Source: an uncultured Acidobacteriota bacterium (lineage in GTDB: Bacteria > Acidobacteriota > Thermoanaerobaculia > UBA5066 > DATFVB01). From it: DNA of 64,000 nucleotides. This document shows positions 39,553-50,389 of the stretch, piece after piece. The notes beneath the pieces were generated by a model. It searched no databases and had not been told where the DNA came from. It saw nothing but the letters and a program-made list of their open reading frames with translations. Numbering within the stretch: position 1 is the stretch's first letter; each line of letters starts with the position of its first letter. The DNA lies in the NCBI GenBank assembly GCA_963813155.1, contig CAWEYG010000002.1, positions 800,001 through 864,000 of the forward strand. Direction: 5' to 3'. The position numbers and the translations under genes were made by a program.

Positions 39553-39744
39553 CTAAGCTCCCGAACCGCGCGAACCGCCCGGCCTCGAGCCCGGGGCCGG
39601 CCCCGGGCAGAAGCTGAAGCGGGTCTGGTCGCTGGCTCCGACGCCGCAATCCGCGCAGACCTCCACGCCGTCCCGCGCGATCCATCGGTGGAGGCGAGCG
39701 CTGCCGGCGCCGGGCATCTTCGGAGCTGGTCTTTCCTGCGGCAT
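39553..39744 (-). CDS. Possible small His/Cys protein
   Basis: 63 aa with HRW...CADC...C; AAGGGGTAAGGG upstream. Confidence 0.4.
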   Translation of the reverse strand: MPQERPAPKMPGAGSARLHRWIARDGVEVCADCGVGASDQTRFSFCPGPAPGSRPGGSRGSGA

Positions 39745-39769
39745 CCCTTACCCCTTCAATTCTGGCCAC

Positions 39770-42052
39770 TCATTTCAACAGGGCCGCGGCTTCCGAGATT
39801 CCGCGCGCTTCGCGCTCGAGAACTTTCGCGAGCTCGGGAATCTGAGCCTCAGCCAGCTTCCAGTTCTTCTGCTCGACGGCCTCCCGCACGGCGGGAAGCG
39901 TTTTCACGCCGTAACCGGTGTAGAACCCCGGCGCGTAGATCTGGTTCTTGAACCAGGGACGGCCGGGAAGGCCCGCCTCGGAAAGGAGAAGCCGTTCCAG
40001 TCCGAGGATCTTTCCGTTCGCCGCGGCGCTTCCTTTTCCCGCGCGGTCGAACGCCTCGCCGAACTCCCGGGCGGACCGGGCGAGCGCGAGCGACGCCCTT
40101 TCGAGAGGCGCGAAGTCGATCTCGGGAGGAATCGTTTCCGGCTTCGGAAGAACGAGCGGATGGCGAGGGTCCTCGACGGCGGCGAAGAGGCCTTCCTCGA
40201 TTTCCCGGTTCCGCTCCTGCGCCCGCGTTCGCGCGGTCTCGAGCTCGTGCTTGATCTCGATGACGTACTTCGACACCGCATCGGAGAAGTCGACGAATTC
40301 GAAGGGCAGAATGTCGGCCGACGCGAGGCGCATGACCGCGGTGGCTCCCGCCTGCGCGAGCGCGCGCCCGTAGACGAAATCCGTGTCGGAGAAGTGCGTG
40401 TACCAGTAGAAGTCGTCGTAGATCGAGTGGTAGACGCCGTCGCTGGTGTCCTCGCCGGCGAAGCGAAGGTCTGCCGACGCGATCCCGAGGTGGTCGAGAA
40501 AAACGGTGTAGTCCGACCCGGATCCGAGCGGCTCGGCGGGAGTGTCGCCCCGGGCGCGCACTTTCTGCGGATCAGGTTTCTCCTCGTATTCGCGCCCGCG
40601 CCTCGCCCGCGTTTCGGGGTCGGGATCCGCCGCGGCCCGCACGTCGTGCGCCAGCAGCCGCTGCGCGACCGAGACGCGCGCTTCCGGATCTTCCACCGAC
40701 ATGGCCACGCCGTCGAAAAACTTCTGCAGCGTCTGCGTCGCGGAGAGCCGCCAGTAGCCGCGCCCGCTGTTGTCGGTATTGATGTAGGCGACCGCCTTCT
40801 TCGAAAGCTCGTCGGCGTGCGTCTCGGCCCATTCGGTCGAGCCGAGCAGGCCCGGCTCCTCTCCGTCCCAGGCGCAATAGAGAATCGTTCTCCGGGGCCT
40901 CCAGCCCTTCTTCCACAACTCTCCGAGCTGCCGCGCCTCCTCGAGCATGGCCGAAAGGCCCGAAATCGGATCGTCGGCGCCGTTGACCCAGGCGTCGTGG
41001 TGATTTCCGCGGATGACCCACTGGTCCGGAGACGCGGTTCCGGCGAGCTTCGCGACGACGTCCCGGATCGGGCGGATCTCCCAGTTGAATTTCGCGAGGA
41101 GATGGACTTTCGAGGAGCCTGGTCCCACGTGGTACGCGAAGGGAAGCGCGCCCCTCCATCTCTCGGGAGCCATCGGCCCGGAGAGATGGCGAAGGAGCGG
41201 CTCTGCGTCCGCCGCGGAAATCGGCAGCACGGGAATCTTCGTGAGCGTCGCCGCCTGGCTCAGGGGCAGCCTCGGCGCGCCGGGGACCGATCCCGTGCCG
41301 GGCGTCCCGGGATCGCCCGGGTAAAGCGGCATGTCGGCGACGCTCCCCCTCTGAACCCCGTCGGCGGGACGGAACGCTCCGCCGGGAAACGCGTCGCCTT
41401 CGAAATACCCGTCCCCGCGCGGGTCCGAATAGATGAGGCAGCCGACGGCGCCGTGCTCGGCCGCGACTTTCGGTTTGATTCCGCGCCAGGAGCCTCCGTA
41501 GCGCGCGATCACGATCTTTCCGCGAACCGAGATGCCGAGACGGTCGAGCTCTTCATAGTCGTCGGGAACGCCGTAGTTCACGTAGACGAGCGGCGCTGTC
41601 ACGTCGCCGTCGATGGAATAGACGTTGTAGGTCGGAAGCTGCTCGGATTTCTGACCCGAAGTCGGGTCCTGAGGAATCGCCGGCTCTTCAAGCTTCGCCG
41701 TGAAGCGGACCGGCTCCAGAAGCTCGACCTGCCGCTCTTTCGGCGTCGGAAAGAGAACGTCGAAAGTCTCGATCCGGGCGTCCCACCCCCATTCCCGAAA
41801 ACGGGCCAGCATCCATTCCGCGTTGCGGCGCCCCTGTTCCGATCCCACGTGGTGGGGCCTGGCGGAGAGTGTCTCCATGTTCGAGCGGATTCGCGACGGT
41901 TCGATTCCCGCGCGAAGATCGCGTTCCCACCGCTCCTGCTCGGCGACCGACGCCGGAAGAAAGCCCCGGATCCCCGGACCCGAAGACGACGGGGGCGCGG
42001 CCCCGATCCCGGCCGCCGCCAACGCGAGCACCAACCACCCTCGATGGGTCAT
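39770..42052 (-). CDS. M28 peptidase, glutamate carboxypeptidase II-like (PA and TfR dimerisation domains)
   Basis: LVYVNYG, GNHHDAW, GADD, WDGEEPGLLGSTEW, GSGSDY, YHSIYD; signal peptide. Confidence 0.93.
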   Translation of the reverse strand: MTHRGWLVLALAAAGIGAAPPSSSGPGIRGFLPASVAEQERWERDLRAGIEPSRIRSNMETLSARPHHVGSEQGRRNAEWMLARFREWGWDARIETFDVLFPTPKERQVELLEPVRFTAKLEEPAIPQDPTSGQKSEQLPTYNVYSIDGDVTAPLVYVNYGVPDDYEELDRLGISVRGKIVIARYGGSWRGIKPKVAAEHGAVGCLIYSDPRGDGYFEGDAFPGGAFRPADGVQRGSVADMPLYPGDPGTPGTGSVPGAPRLPLSQAATLTKIPVLPISAADAEPLLRHLSGPMAPERWRGALPFAYHVGPGSSKVHLLAKFNWEIRPIRDVVAKLAGTASPDQWVIRGNHHDAWVNGADDPISGLSAMLEEARQLGELWKKGWRPRRTILYCAWDGEEPGLLGSTEWAETHADELSKKAVAYINTDNSGRGYWRLSATQTLQKFFDGVAMSVEDPEARVSVAQRLLAHDVRAAADPDPETRARRGREYEEKPDPQKVRARGDTPAEPLGSGSDYTVFLDHLGIASADLRFAGEDTSDGVYHSIYDDFYWYTHFSDTDFVYGRALAQAGATAVMRLASADILPFEFVDFSDAVSKYVIEIKHELETARTRAQERNREIEEGLFAAVEDPRHPLVLPKPETIPPEIDFAPLERASLALARSAREFGEAFDRAGKGSAAANGKILGLERLLLSEAGLPGRPWFKNQIYAPGFYTGYGVKTLPAVREAVEQKNWKLAEAQIPELAKVLEREARGISEAAALLK

Positions 42053-44515
42053 GAGATTCCCTCCCTCTTTTTCCTCTCGCCGATCCGGCGGATCGCCGAG
42101 TCGACTTCTTCCCGCAACAACGGACTGCGTTCGGCCGCGAGACGCAGGGCCGGCACCGCCCGGTCCCGTTTCAGCTCGCCGAGCGCCCGAACGGCCTGGG
42201 TCTGCGCCAGCAGGTCGGTGTCGGCGAGCGTTTTCTCCAGAGTCTTCTCCGCGTCGGTGTCGCTCTTCGGGAGCCTTCCGAGAGCCGCGATCGCGGCCAG
42301 GCGCGTCGATTCCGGCTGATCGGGCGAGCAGGCTTTCACGATCTGCTCCCGGCTCTCCCGGCTCCCGATCGCGGCGAGGCCCGCGAGGATTCCGCGCCGG
42401 GCCGCGCGTTCCCCGCGAACCGCGAGCGCCCGCGAGAGGACGGAGTACGCGTCGGGCGCGCGCAGTTTCCCGATCGCTTCGGCGGCCGCCCCAGCGACCG
42501 AGCCGGACGGGTCGGTTTCGAGGACGCGGGCGAGCGTCCCGGCCGCGTCTCCCGCGCGGCGGCACCCCGCCAGGGAGCCCGCGGCGGCGCTGCGAACGCG
42601 GGAGTCCGTGTCGGCCAGCCCGCGGCGGAGCGCGTCGGAGGCGACCGGATCGCAGAAGTCTTCCAGCAGCTCGGCCGCCGCGGCTCGAGCTCCGTACGAA
42701 GGGTCGCCCGACTCGATCGTCGGCGAGGTCCCGGGCAGTCCCGGAATCGGCAAAACGCCTCGCGAGCTCGCCGGCCGCCCAGATGCGGCCCGTCACATCG
42801 GGATCTTCGCGGGCCTGCTCCCTCAACTCCTCGCGAGACTTCTCGAAGCGGACGAGCTTCAGCACGCGATTCCCCGGATCGAACCGGACGAGCTTCGGCG
42901 CCCGGCCGGCCGGAAACGAGAACTCCTCGCGCCGGTTTCGAAGCTCGAGCCGGTGCGCCTCGAATCCGGACGGCGTCTCGAAATCCAGATCCACCGGCAT
43001 CGAGAAAAGGGGTGCGCCCCGGGACGCTTCCTGCACCTGGTCGACGGTCACCCGCAAGAGATGCCGCTGCGCATCGTACGAGGAAGAAACCGCGTATTCG
43101 GGATATCCCGCGGAGCGAACCCACTCGTCGAAGAACCCACCGAGCCCGCGCCCCGACGCCTGTTCCATGGCCTTCTGAAGATCGCCCGTCGCGACGTTTT
43201 TCCCGGCGTTGGTTCGAAGGTAGATTCCGAGCCCGCGGAAAAAATCGCGATCGCCGACCGTCGAGCGAAGCATCGCCAGCACCCAGTTGCCCTTGTCGTA
43301 GGCGACCCGGTCGAAAAGCTCGCTCGAGTCGAAATACGAGGTCGCGACGAGCGGACGGCGGTAACGCGTCCGGTCTTCTTCGATGAACGCGTGCTCGGCT
43401 TCGAGCATCTCCAGCCGGTACTCGTCTTCCCCGCGGCTGTGTTCGGTCCACAGGCCCGCGGCGAAGTCGGCGAACGCCTCGTTCAGCCACACCTCGGACC
43501 AGGCCCCGCACGTAACCAGGTCGCCGAACCACTGGTGCGCGAGCTCGTGCGCGAGGAGGTTTTCGCTGTTCTCTTCCGGCTCGGCTTCCACGCCGTGAAA
43601 GAGCTGCTCGCCGAGCGTCGTCGCGCCGATGTTCTCCATGCCGTCGAAAAACTCCTCGACGGCGGTCTGGCTGTACCGCGGGAACGGGTATTCGACGCCG
43701 AACTCGCGCGAAAAGAACTCCAGCATGTCGCCGGTTCGCCCCAGGGAACGCGTCGCTGTCTCGCGATCGACCCACGGCGGAACGAAATACGAGAGCGCGA
43801 CGCCCCCGCGAGTCTCCGAGAGCTCGGTGAACGTCCCGACGACGATCGAGGTGAGATACGCGGCGTGCGGCTGATCGATCTTCCAGTGGAACGTCCGCGT
43901 CTTCGACCCGGGGTGGACCTCGACGCCGAGCAGGCGGCCGTTGGAGATGAGCGTTTCCGGTTCGCGAACCGTTCCGGTCACCTCGGTGCTCGCGAGATCG
44001 TCGGGCCGATCCTGGCACGGGAACCAGAAATGGTTGTCGGTCTGCTCGCCCTGGGACCAGATCTGGGCGGTCTTTCGAGACCCCGGCCCTCCGGCTCGCA
44101 CGAAGTGGAGGCCCCGTTTGGGGAACGCTCGGTAGTCGATCCGGAGGCGGCGCGTTCGGCCCGGCTCCAGCTCGGTTCCGAGATCGATCGAAAGCGTCGT
44201 CGGGAGCGTCTCGAACCGCAGCCGCTTTCCCGGCTCCTCCTCGACGGAGCTCACCTGCAGCCCTTCCGCGTCGAGCGCGAGGAAGCGAAGCGGGCGTTCC
44301 AGCGCCTCGAACTCGATCGTCTCGCTGCCGACTACCCCGCCCGCGTCTTCGTCGAAAGAGAGCGCGAGCGCGTAGTGCAGGACGTGGAAAGACTTCGGCG
44401 TCCTCGCCTCGGCCGGCGCGCCCGCGTCGAAAGCGCGCGGAAAGGACCCGCTCGGAGCGTTCCCGGGAGTCGAGCAGCCGAGCGCGAGAAAGAGAAGAAT
44501 CGAGAAGCTCTTCAT
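42049..44515 (-). CDS. M1 aminopeptidase with C-terminal HEAT repeats, probable lipoprotein (frameshift near 42722)
   Basis: Lipobox-like ALGC; GMEN; HELAHQW-WLNE; YDKG; HEAT repeats continue in ORF 42049..42753. Confidence 0.88.
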
Positions 44516-44594
44516 CGGACGAAGAGGCAAGCATAAGGGATTCCCGGCAACAATCAGAGTGACAAGGATCTCCTGGCCGCGCGTCTCTACTGAC

Positions 44595-45200
44595 ATGATT
44601 GCCGCAATGGGCACCGTTCCCGGGAACCGAGCGCCGTTTGCGGGCTTGGCTGCAGCCGAGCTCGCGACAGCGGAGGATTTCTGGAAGAACCTCTTCATCG
44701 AGCTGGGGGAGGCACGGGCTCACTCGGTGGAGACTCTCTATGACGCCTGCTCCCGGCAGGTTTTTGGCCTCGCTCTCTGGCGGACAGGCTCAATCGAAGA
44801 TGCCAGCGACGTCGTGCAGGAACTCATCCTGCGCGTCATCGAGCGTCGACAGGATCTTCGAAAGGTCTCGAAGCCGCGATCCTGGCTTCTTTCCGTCGCC
44901 CACCGGCTCGCGATCGACGTCGGGAGACGAAGGCGAAGGAGTCGGAGTGATCCCCTGGAGGCGTGTCCCTTGCTCATCGCGCCCCAGGACGATCCTGCTC
45001 GCGCAATCGACGCCGCGAATGCGTCACGGTACCTTTCGACCCTTCCGCCGAAACAGCGCGCGGCAATCTACTTACACCACTATGCCGACTGCACGTTTCA
45101 GGCGATCGGCGAGATTACCGGTGTGCCGACTTTCACGGCCGCGAGCCGGTATCGACTCGGGATTTCAAAACTGCGCAAACTCATGGGAGAAGAAAAATGA
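44595..45200 (+). CDS. ECF sigma factor
   Basis: DASDVVQE, SWLLSVAHRLAID, LPPKQR, TAASRYR; start uncertain. Confidence 0.88.
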   Translation: MIAAMGTVPGNRAPFAGLAAAELATAEDFWKNLFIELGEARAHSVETLYDACSRQVFGLALWRTGSIEDASDVVQELILRVIERRQDLRKVSKPRSWLLSVAHRLAIDVGRRRRRSRSDPLEACPLLIAPQDDPARAIDAANASRYLSTLPPKQRAAIYLHHYADCTFQAIGEITGVPTFTAASRYRLGISKLRKLMGEEK

Positions 45201-45589
45201 GTGACGATCGCGAATTCTTCGACGGGTTCGGCATTCCTTCTCCGCCCGAGGGGCTTCGTTTGCGCGTGCTCGCCGAGGTTGGCCCGGTACTCGCGCGAGA
45301 GCCCCGCGGCCGCTGGACCCGAATCTGGGAGAGTCGACCGCTGAGGATCGCCTGGGCGGCCGCAGTCGTTCTTCTTGCGGGAGGCCACCTCGCACTCTCG
45401 TTCAAGCCCGGGCGCCGTGCCGCGCCCTCCGCATCGACTTCGGCTGAGCTCGCGCGCGCGACAGCCCTTCCGAGGGTCGATCCGCAATCCGAGAATTGGA
45501 CCGAACTGGAAGACGAGGAGTGGATCGAGCGGGCCGAACGCCCCCGCCACGCGGTGCCGCCCGCGGCCCGAAAGGAGAAAACGTCATGA
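45197..45589 (+). CDS. Putative single-pass anti-sigma factor
   Basis: ATGA-coupled to sigma; PPEGLRLRVL followed by one TM segment. Confidence 0.65.
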   Translation: MSDDREFFDGFGIPSPPEGLRLRVLAEVGPVLAREPRGRWTRIWESRPLRIAWAAAVVLLAGGHLALSFKPGRRAAPSASTSAELARATALPRVDPQSENWTELEDEEWIERAERPRHAVPPAARKEKTS

Positions 45590-46692
45590 ATTCCGTTGAT
45601 CGCTCTTCGCGGCGGAAGATCTTCGCCGCCCTGTCGCCGGTCGTTCTGCTCGTTGTCTTCCTCGGCATCCGGATCGCATCGCGGTCCAGGATCGCAGAGG
45701 GGCATCCCCTCGCAATCGGGGCCGCCGTCGTGCCTCCGCCCAAACCGATTGACCTCGAGGCGCTTTCCTTTCCCTGCTGGGCATGTTCTTCCGATTCAGA
45801 CTCCTGGCCAATCCGGTTCCGGACGAACCTCGACTTGTTGGCTCCCCTGGGAACAGGGACGGAGAACGCCGCCGCATGGTTTGCGGACTTCGCGAAACCG
45901 AAGGGCCCGCGGCGCGCCGAGGCCGAAGCGGCGATGAGCCGACGGACCGACGGTCGGTATGGCCTCGGGAAAGTCCTTCCTCCGGACGATCCGCTTCTGC
46001 GCGAAGCCGAACCCTGGTGCGATCAGTCGACGATGCGTTTCTACCCTGACGTCTTCGCAGCGAAAGGCGGCGACACGCAGATCACTGACCTGCTCCTCGT
46101 GCTCACGTTCGCAAGGTCGTGGGTCGCGCGCGGTGAAGCATCTTCGGATCCGGAGCGGGCAATGGACGATTTCCGTCGCGCGATCCGCCTCGGCCGGCTG
46201 CTCCGGCAGGAGGACGCCATCCTGATTGACGACCTCGTCGGCCTCGCGGCGATTCGCCTCGGCACGGAGGGAATCTACGACCTCGCGCGCCGTCGCGGGG
46301 ACACGAAGCTCGCCCTCGCGGCTTCACTCGTGCTGGGCGAGCACACGGCGCAGAGGCTCCGGACCGCCGAGCGGGCGACGAAGTTCGACGTCAGGCCTTA
46401 CCTGTCCGGCCCCGACCCGGCGAGCGCCGTCCTTTCGGTGCCGGACTCGAAGCTCGACGAAATCATCGCAGTTGCCGCCAAGGATCCAGAGCGGCGCTTC
46501 CGGTCCGAATCGATCATGACGTTGAACATCGTCCGTTTCCTGGGAACGGTTTCACAACAGGAGAAGGCAGCCGAGACGCTGAGTGCTCTGGCGAAATCGA
46601 AGGACTCGTACACAGCCGCCGCTGCTCAATGGGCGCGAGACACGTATCCGTCACCCGACCGCTTGTCACAACTCCTTGCCGTCGCGAAATAG
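45586..46692 (+). CDS. Membrane-anchored hypothetical helical protein with CWAC motif
   Basis: ATGA-coupled, AAGGAG RBS, N-terminal TM segment. Confidence 0.75.
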   Translation: MNSVDRSSRRKIFAALSPVVLLVVFLGIRIASRSRIAEGHPLAIGAAVVPPPKPIDLEALSFPCWACSSDSDSWPIRFRTNLDLLAPLGTGTENAAAWFADFAKPKGPRRAEAEAAMSRRTDGRYGLGKVLPPDDPLLREAEPWCDQSTMRFYPDVFAAKGGDTQITDLLLVLTFARSWVARGEASSDPERAMDDFRRAIRLGRLLRQEDAILIDDLVGLAAIRLGTEGIYDLARRRGDTKLALAASLVLGEHTAQRLRTAERATKFDVRPYLSGPDPASAVLSVPDSKLDEIIAVAAKDPERRFRSESIMTLNIVRFLGTVSQQEKAAETLSALAKSKDSYTAAAAQWARDTYPSPDRLSQLLAVAK

Positions 46693-46734
46693 CGCGAGGA
46701 GTACCCGAACCGGGCGTGCTATCTTGCCCAACTC

Positions 46735-47838
46735 ATGTTGCGAGCCGGGATCGTCGGACTGCCGAACGTCGGGAAATCGACGCTCTTCAACGCGTTGACG
46801 CGCACGCGGAAGGCGGAGGCGGCGAACTACCCGTTCTGCACGATCGAGCCCAACGTCGGGATCGTGACGGTGCCCGACGACCGCCTCGAGCCCCTCGCGA
46901 AGATCGCGAAGACTTCGGTGATCATTCCCGCGACCGTGGAGTTCGTCGACATCGCGGGCCTCGTCGCCGGCGCGTCCAAGGGAGAAGGCCTCGGCAACAA
47001 GTTCCTCTCCCACATCCGCGAGGTGGACGCGATCGTCGAGGTCGTTCGCTGTTTCGAAGACAAGGACATCGTGCACGTCGCGGAGAAGCTCGATCCCGTC
47101 GCCGACATCGAGACGATCTCGACCGAGCTCGTCCTCGCGGACCTGGAGACGGTTTCCAAAGCCCTCGACAAGGCCGAACGCCTCGCGAAGGGGCAGAACA
47201 AGGAAGCGAAAGCGGAGGCGGATCTCTGCCGGAAGCTCTCGGCTCACCTCGACGCGGGCCGGACCGCTGCCGTCTTCCCGTTCTCGGACGAGGAGCGCGA
47301 GATCGCTCGCAAGCTCTTTCTCCTGTCGATCAAGCCGACCCTGTTCGCCTGCAACGTCGCGGAGCACGACCTGGCCCGGGCGGACGAAAATCCGTTCGTG
47401 CGTTCCGTGCGCGGTTACTGCGCGGCGCACACGAACTCCGAGGCCGTCGTCATCTCCGCGCAGATCGAAGCGGAGCTCGCGGAGCTTCCTCCTGCCGAGG
47501 CCAACGACTACCTCCGCTCCCTCGGCGTCGAGGAGTCCGGAGTCGGCCAGCTGATCCGCGCGGCGTACCACCTGCTCGGGCTGCGGACGTACCTGACGGC
47601 GGGCGAAAAGGAAGTCCGCGCCTGGACGATCCACGCCGGCGACACGGCTCCGCAGGCCGCGGGCGTCATCCACACGGACTTCGAGCGCGGCTTCATCCGG
47701 GCCGAGACCGTGTCGTACGACGACCTCGTGGAGGCCGGCTCGATGGCCGCGGCCCGCGACAAGGGGCGCGTGCGCCAGGAGGGGAAGGATTACGTCGTCG
47801 CCGACGGCGACGTGATGCTGTTCAAGTTCAACGTCTGA
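46735..47838 (+). CDS. ychF: Redox-regulated ATPase YchF
   Basis: [48 protein letters not shown]. Confidence 0.98.
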   Translation: MLRAGIVGLPNVGKSTLFNALTRTRKAEAANYPFCTIEPNVGIVTVPDDRLEPLAKIAKTSVIIPATVEFVDIAGLVAGASKGEGLGNKFLSHIREVDAIVEVVRCFEDKDIVHVAEKLDPVADIETISTELVLADLETVSKALDKAERLAKGQNKEAKAEADLCRKLSAHLDAGRTAAVFPFSDEEREIARKLFLLSIKPTLFACNVAEHDLARADENPFVRSVRGYCAAHTNSEAVVISAQIEAELAELPPAEANDYLRSLGVEESGVGQLIRAAYHLLGLRTYLTAGEKEVRAWTIHAGDTAPQAAGVIHTDFERGFIRAETVSYDDLVEAGSMAAARDKGRVRQEGKDYVVADGDVMLFKFNV

Positions 47839-47917
47839 CCCGGGGGAAGAATCCCCCGGACCCCCTCTGACCTGGGCGAAAGAAACCCTCGTGCGCAAAG
47901 ATAAAATCCGAGGACGC

Positions 47918-49135
47918 ATGAGGAAGACTCTCGGCCTTCTCGTCGGTCTTCTGTTCGCTGGAACCCGTCTCGTTCTGGCAGGGGCGGGAATGGTCGTGCA
48001 CACGACCGTCCACAGCCCCGCGCTCGCCGGGAATCTGCTCGGCGACTCTCCCGACCGGCCCGTCGCGATCTATCTCCCGCCGGGCTACTCGAGCGGCGCG
48101 TCCCGCTATCCCGTGATCTATCTGCTCCACGGATTCGGCAGCACGAGCAAGGCCACCGAGGGCTGGACCCAGGGCCATTGGGCCAACGTGCCCGGGATGA
48201 TGGATCGCCTCATCGCGGCCGGAAAGATTCGGAAAATGATCGTCGTCATGCCCGACGCCTCCACCCGACTAGGCGGCGCTTTTTACACGAACTCGGTCGC
48301 GACCGGAAACTGGGAAGACTTCATGGCGCAGGACCTCGTGAGCTCCGTCGACGCCCGGTACCGAACAATCCGGCGTTCGTCAGGCCGCGGCATCGCCGGC
48401 CATTCGATGGGCGGCTACGGCGCCCTCAAACTCGCCATGAAACACCCGGACGTTTATGGCGCCGTGTATGGCCTGAGCGCGTGTTGCATGGAATGGAGCG
48501 GCGAGATATCCGCCTCAAACCCCGCGTGGGACAAGACCGCCGGCTTCCAGACTCTGGACGACGTGGCCGCGGCGCGACGTTTCATCGCCGCAAGCGGCCA
48601 CGACTTCAAGAACCCGGAGGTTCCGCGGGCGTTCCTGTCCCTCGTGTTCGTGGCGTTGTCCGCCGCCTGGTCGCCCGACCCCGGGCGCCCCCCCTTCTAC
48701 GCGGATCTGCTCGTCGAAGGCAGCGGCGACGCCCGCAGGGTTTCGGAGACGCGGCAGGCCCTGTGGTCGGCGAACATGCCCGTCGCGATGCTCGACCAGT
48801 ACCGGTCGAATCTCGCCCGGCTTCGCGTCATCGCCTTCGACGTGGGCAGCCAGGACGAACATTCCGATATCCGGGCCGGCGCTCGCGATTTCGATGCGGG
48901 CCTCACCCGCAACGGCATTCCTCACCAGTTCGAAGAGTACGAGGGGACTCACATGAACAGAATCGGGGAGCGGCTGGAAACCCGGGCTCTGCCGTTCCTC
49001 TCTCGCGCCCTCATCGCCGGCGCCGCATCCCGAAATACACGGGAACGCCCGCCGCCAGGATCGCAAGTCCCGCGAGCGTCTCCCGGGGCTGGTTCCACAT
49101 CGTCGCGACCGCGACGGCAAGCGAGCTCCCGATGA
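47918..49135 (+). CDS. Secreted alpha/beta-hydrolase esterase
   Basis: YLPPGY, YPVIYLLHG, GHSMGG, YEGTH. Confidence 0.88.
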   Translation: MRKTLGLLVGLLFAGTRLVLAGAGMVVHTTVHSPALAGNLLGDSPDRPVAIYLPPGYSSGASRYPVIYLLHGFGSTSKATEGWTQGHWANVPGMMDRLIAAGKIRKMIVVMPDASTRLGGAFYTNSVATGNWEDFMAQDLVSSVDARYRTIRRSSGRGIAGHSMGGYGALKLAMKHPDVYGAVYGLSACCMEWSGEISASNPAWDKTAGFQTLDDVAAARRFIAASGHDFKNPEVPRAFLSLVFVALSAAWSPDPGRPPFYADLLVEGSGDARRVSETRQALWSANMPVAMLDQYRSNLARLRVIAFDVGSQDEHSDIRAGARDFDAGLTRNGIPHQFEEYEGTHMNRIGERLETRALPFLSRALIAGAASRNTRERPPPGSQVPRASPGAGSTSSRPRRQASSR

Positions 49136-50363
49136 AGATCACGGGAGTCCAGGGATATCCCCAGCAGCGATAGGGGCGTTCGGCCTCCGGGCGCTTGATC
49201 CGGAAGACGAAAAGCGAGACTCCCGCCGCGACGTAGGCGAGGATGATCGCAAACGTCGCATAGGTGAAGAGCTGCTCGTATCGCCCCGAGAGGCACAGGA
49301 TCGACGTCCACGCCGCGAAGATCGCGATCGACAGGGCCGGCGTCCGGAACCGCGGGTGGACGCGCCCGAATTTCGCGGGAAGAAGCCCGTCGCGCGCCAT
49401 CGCGTAGGCGATCCGGGCGGGGGGCACGACCGCCGCCGAAGCGGCCCCGATCGCCATGGCGACGATCGCCCCCGACAGCAGAAGCGTCGCTCCCGCGCCG
49501 AAAAGCGCGAGCGAGGCGACCTGCGCCGGCCGGGCCGCGGCGCCGAGCCCGGCAACGGACATCGTCTTCAAGTACGCGACGTTCACGCCGAGGTAGAGCG
49601 CGATCACGATCCCGGTTCCCGAGATCACGCCGAGCGGAATGTTGCGCCGGGGGCGCTCGACTTCGCCCGAGGCCGTCAACGCTTCGGTCCATCCCGCGTA
49701 GCTGAACAGGACGGCGATCATCGCGCCGGTGAACGCCCCGGCCGGGACCGGGCGGGGCGGAGAGGCCTGTGCCATGCCGTGCGCCGCGACTCCGGCGATC
49801 GCGAGCGCGGCCATCGCGACGATGATCACCGACGAGAAGGCTCCCTGGATGCGGACCCCTTCCCGCACGCCGAAAACGTGCGTCGCCGACAGGACCGCCA
49901 CCGCGCCGATCGCCACGACCTGCCCGGTCGAGATCGACAGGGAACCGGCGCGAAAGGCGACGACGTGAGCTCCGATCCGGGGAAAGAAGACGCCGATGTA
50001 CTCCGCCAGGCCCACGCTGATTGCCGCCATCGCGCCCGTGTCGATGACGAAACAGGCGATCCACCCGTAGAGAAACGCCGTGAAATCGCCGTAGGCCTCG
50101 CGAAAATACGTGTACATTCCGCCCGCCTCGGGGAACATCCCGCCGAGCTCCGCGTAGACGAGTCCGCCGGCGATCGTGAGCACCCCGCCCGTGATCCACG
50201 CCGCAAGGATCCATCGCACGTCGGGAATCCGGCGGGCGATCGCGGCCGGCGTGAGAAAGATTCCGCCGCCGATCGTCGTGCCGGCCGCAAGCAGCATGAG
50301 GTCCCAGGCGCCGAGCCGGCGGGCGAGGCCTTTCGAGGGTTCGGTTCCTGCGGCCGGCATCAT
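49011..50363 (-). CDS. APC-family amino acid permease
   Basis: GTTIGGGIF, YAELG..PEAGG, FSYAGW, RPYRCWGYP. Confidence 0.92.
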   Translation of the reverse strand: MMPAAGTEPSKGLARRLGAWDLMLLAAGTTIGGGIFLTPAAIARRIPDVRWILAAWITGGVLTIAGGLVYAELGGMFPEAGGMYTYFREAYGDFTAFLYGWIACFVIDTGAMAAISVGLAEYIGVFFPRIGAHVVAFRAGSLSISTGQVVAIGAVAVLSATHVFGVREGVRIQGAFSSVIIVAMAALAIAGVAAHGMAQASPPRPVPAGAFTGAMIAVLFSYAGWTEALTASGEVERPRRNIPLGVISGTGIVIALYLGVNVAYLKTMSVAGLGAAARPAQVASLALFGAGATLLLSGAIVAMAIGAASAAVVPPARIAYAMARDGLLPAKFGRVHPRFRTPALSIAIFAAWTSILCLSGRYEQLFTYATFAIILAYVAAGVSLFVFRIKRPEAERPYRCWGYPWTPVIFIGSSLAVAVATMWNQPRETLAGLAILAAGVPVYFGMRRRR

Positions 50364-50389
50364 GGGTTTCCTGTATCCTAATCGCAGAG

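Noticed and set aside
39770-44698. 1642-aa ORF suggesting an M1-M28 peptidase fusion
   Set aside because: The linker is out-of-frame Arg/Gly-rich text. The HEAT repeats are in another frame (42049..42753) and M28 has its own RBS, ATG and signal peptide, so this is a frameshift artefact.
47840-47866. Hairpin after ychF as an ncRNA or IS end
   Set aside because: Only an 8-bp stem with no transposase and no clear second copy in the window; most simply a 3' stabilising or terminating hairpin.
49011-49135. 125-bp convergent overlap of esterase and permease as an antisense system
   Set aside because: The esterase tail looks like non-conserved read-on, common where stops are rare; there is no other evidence.
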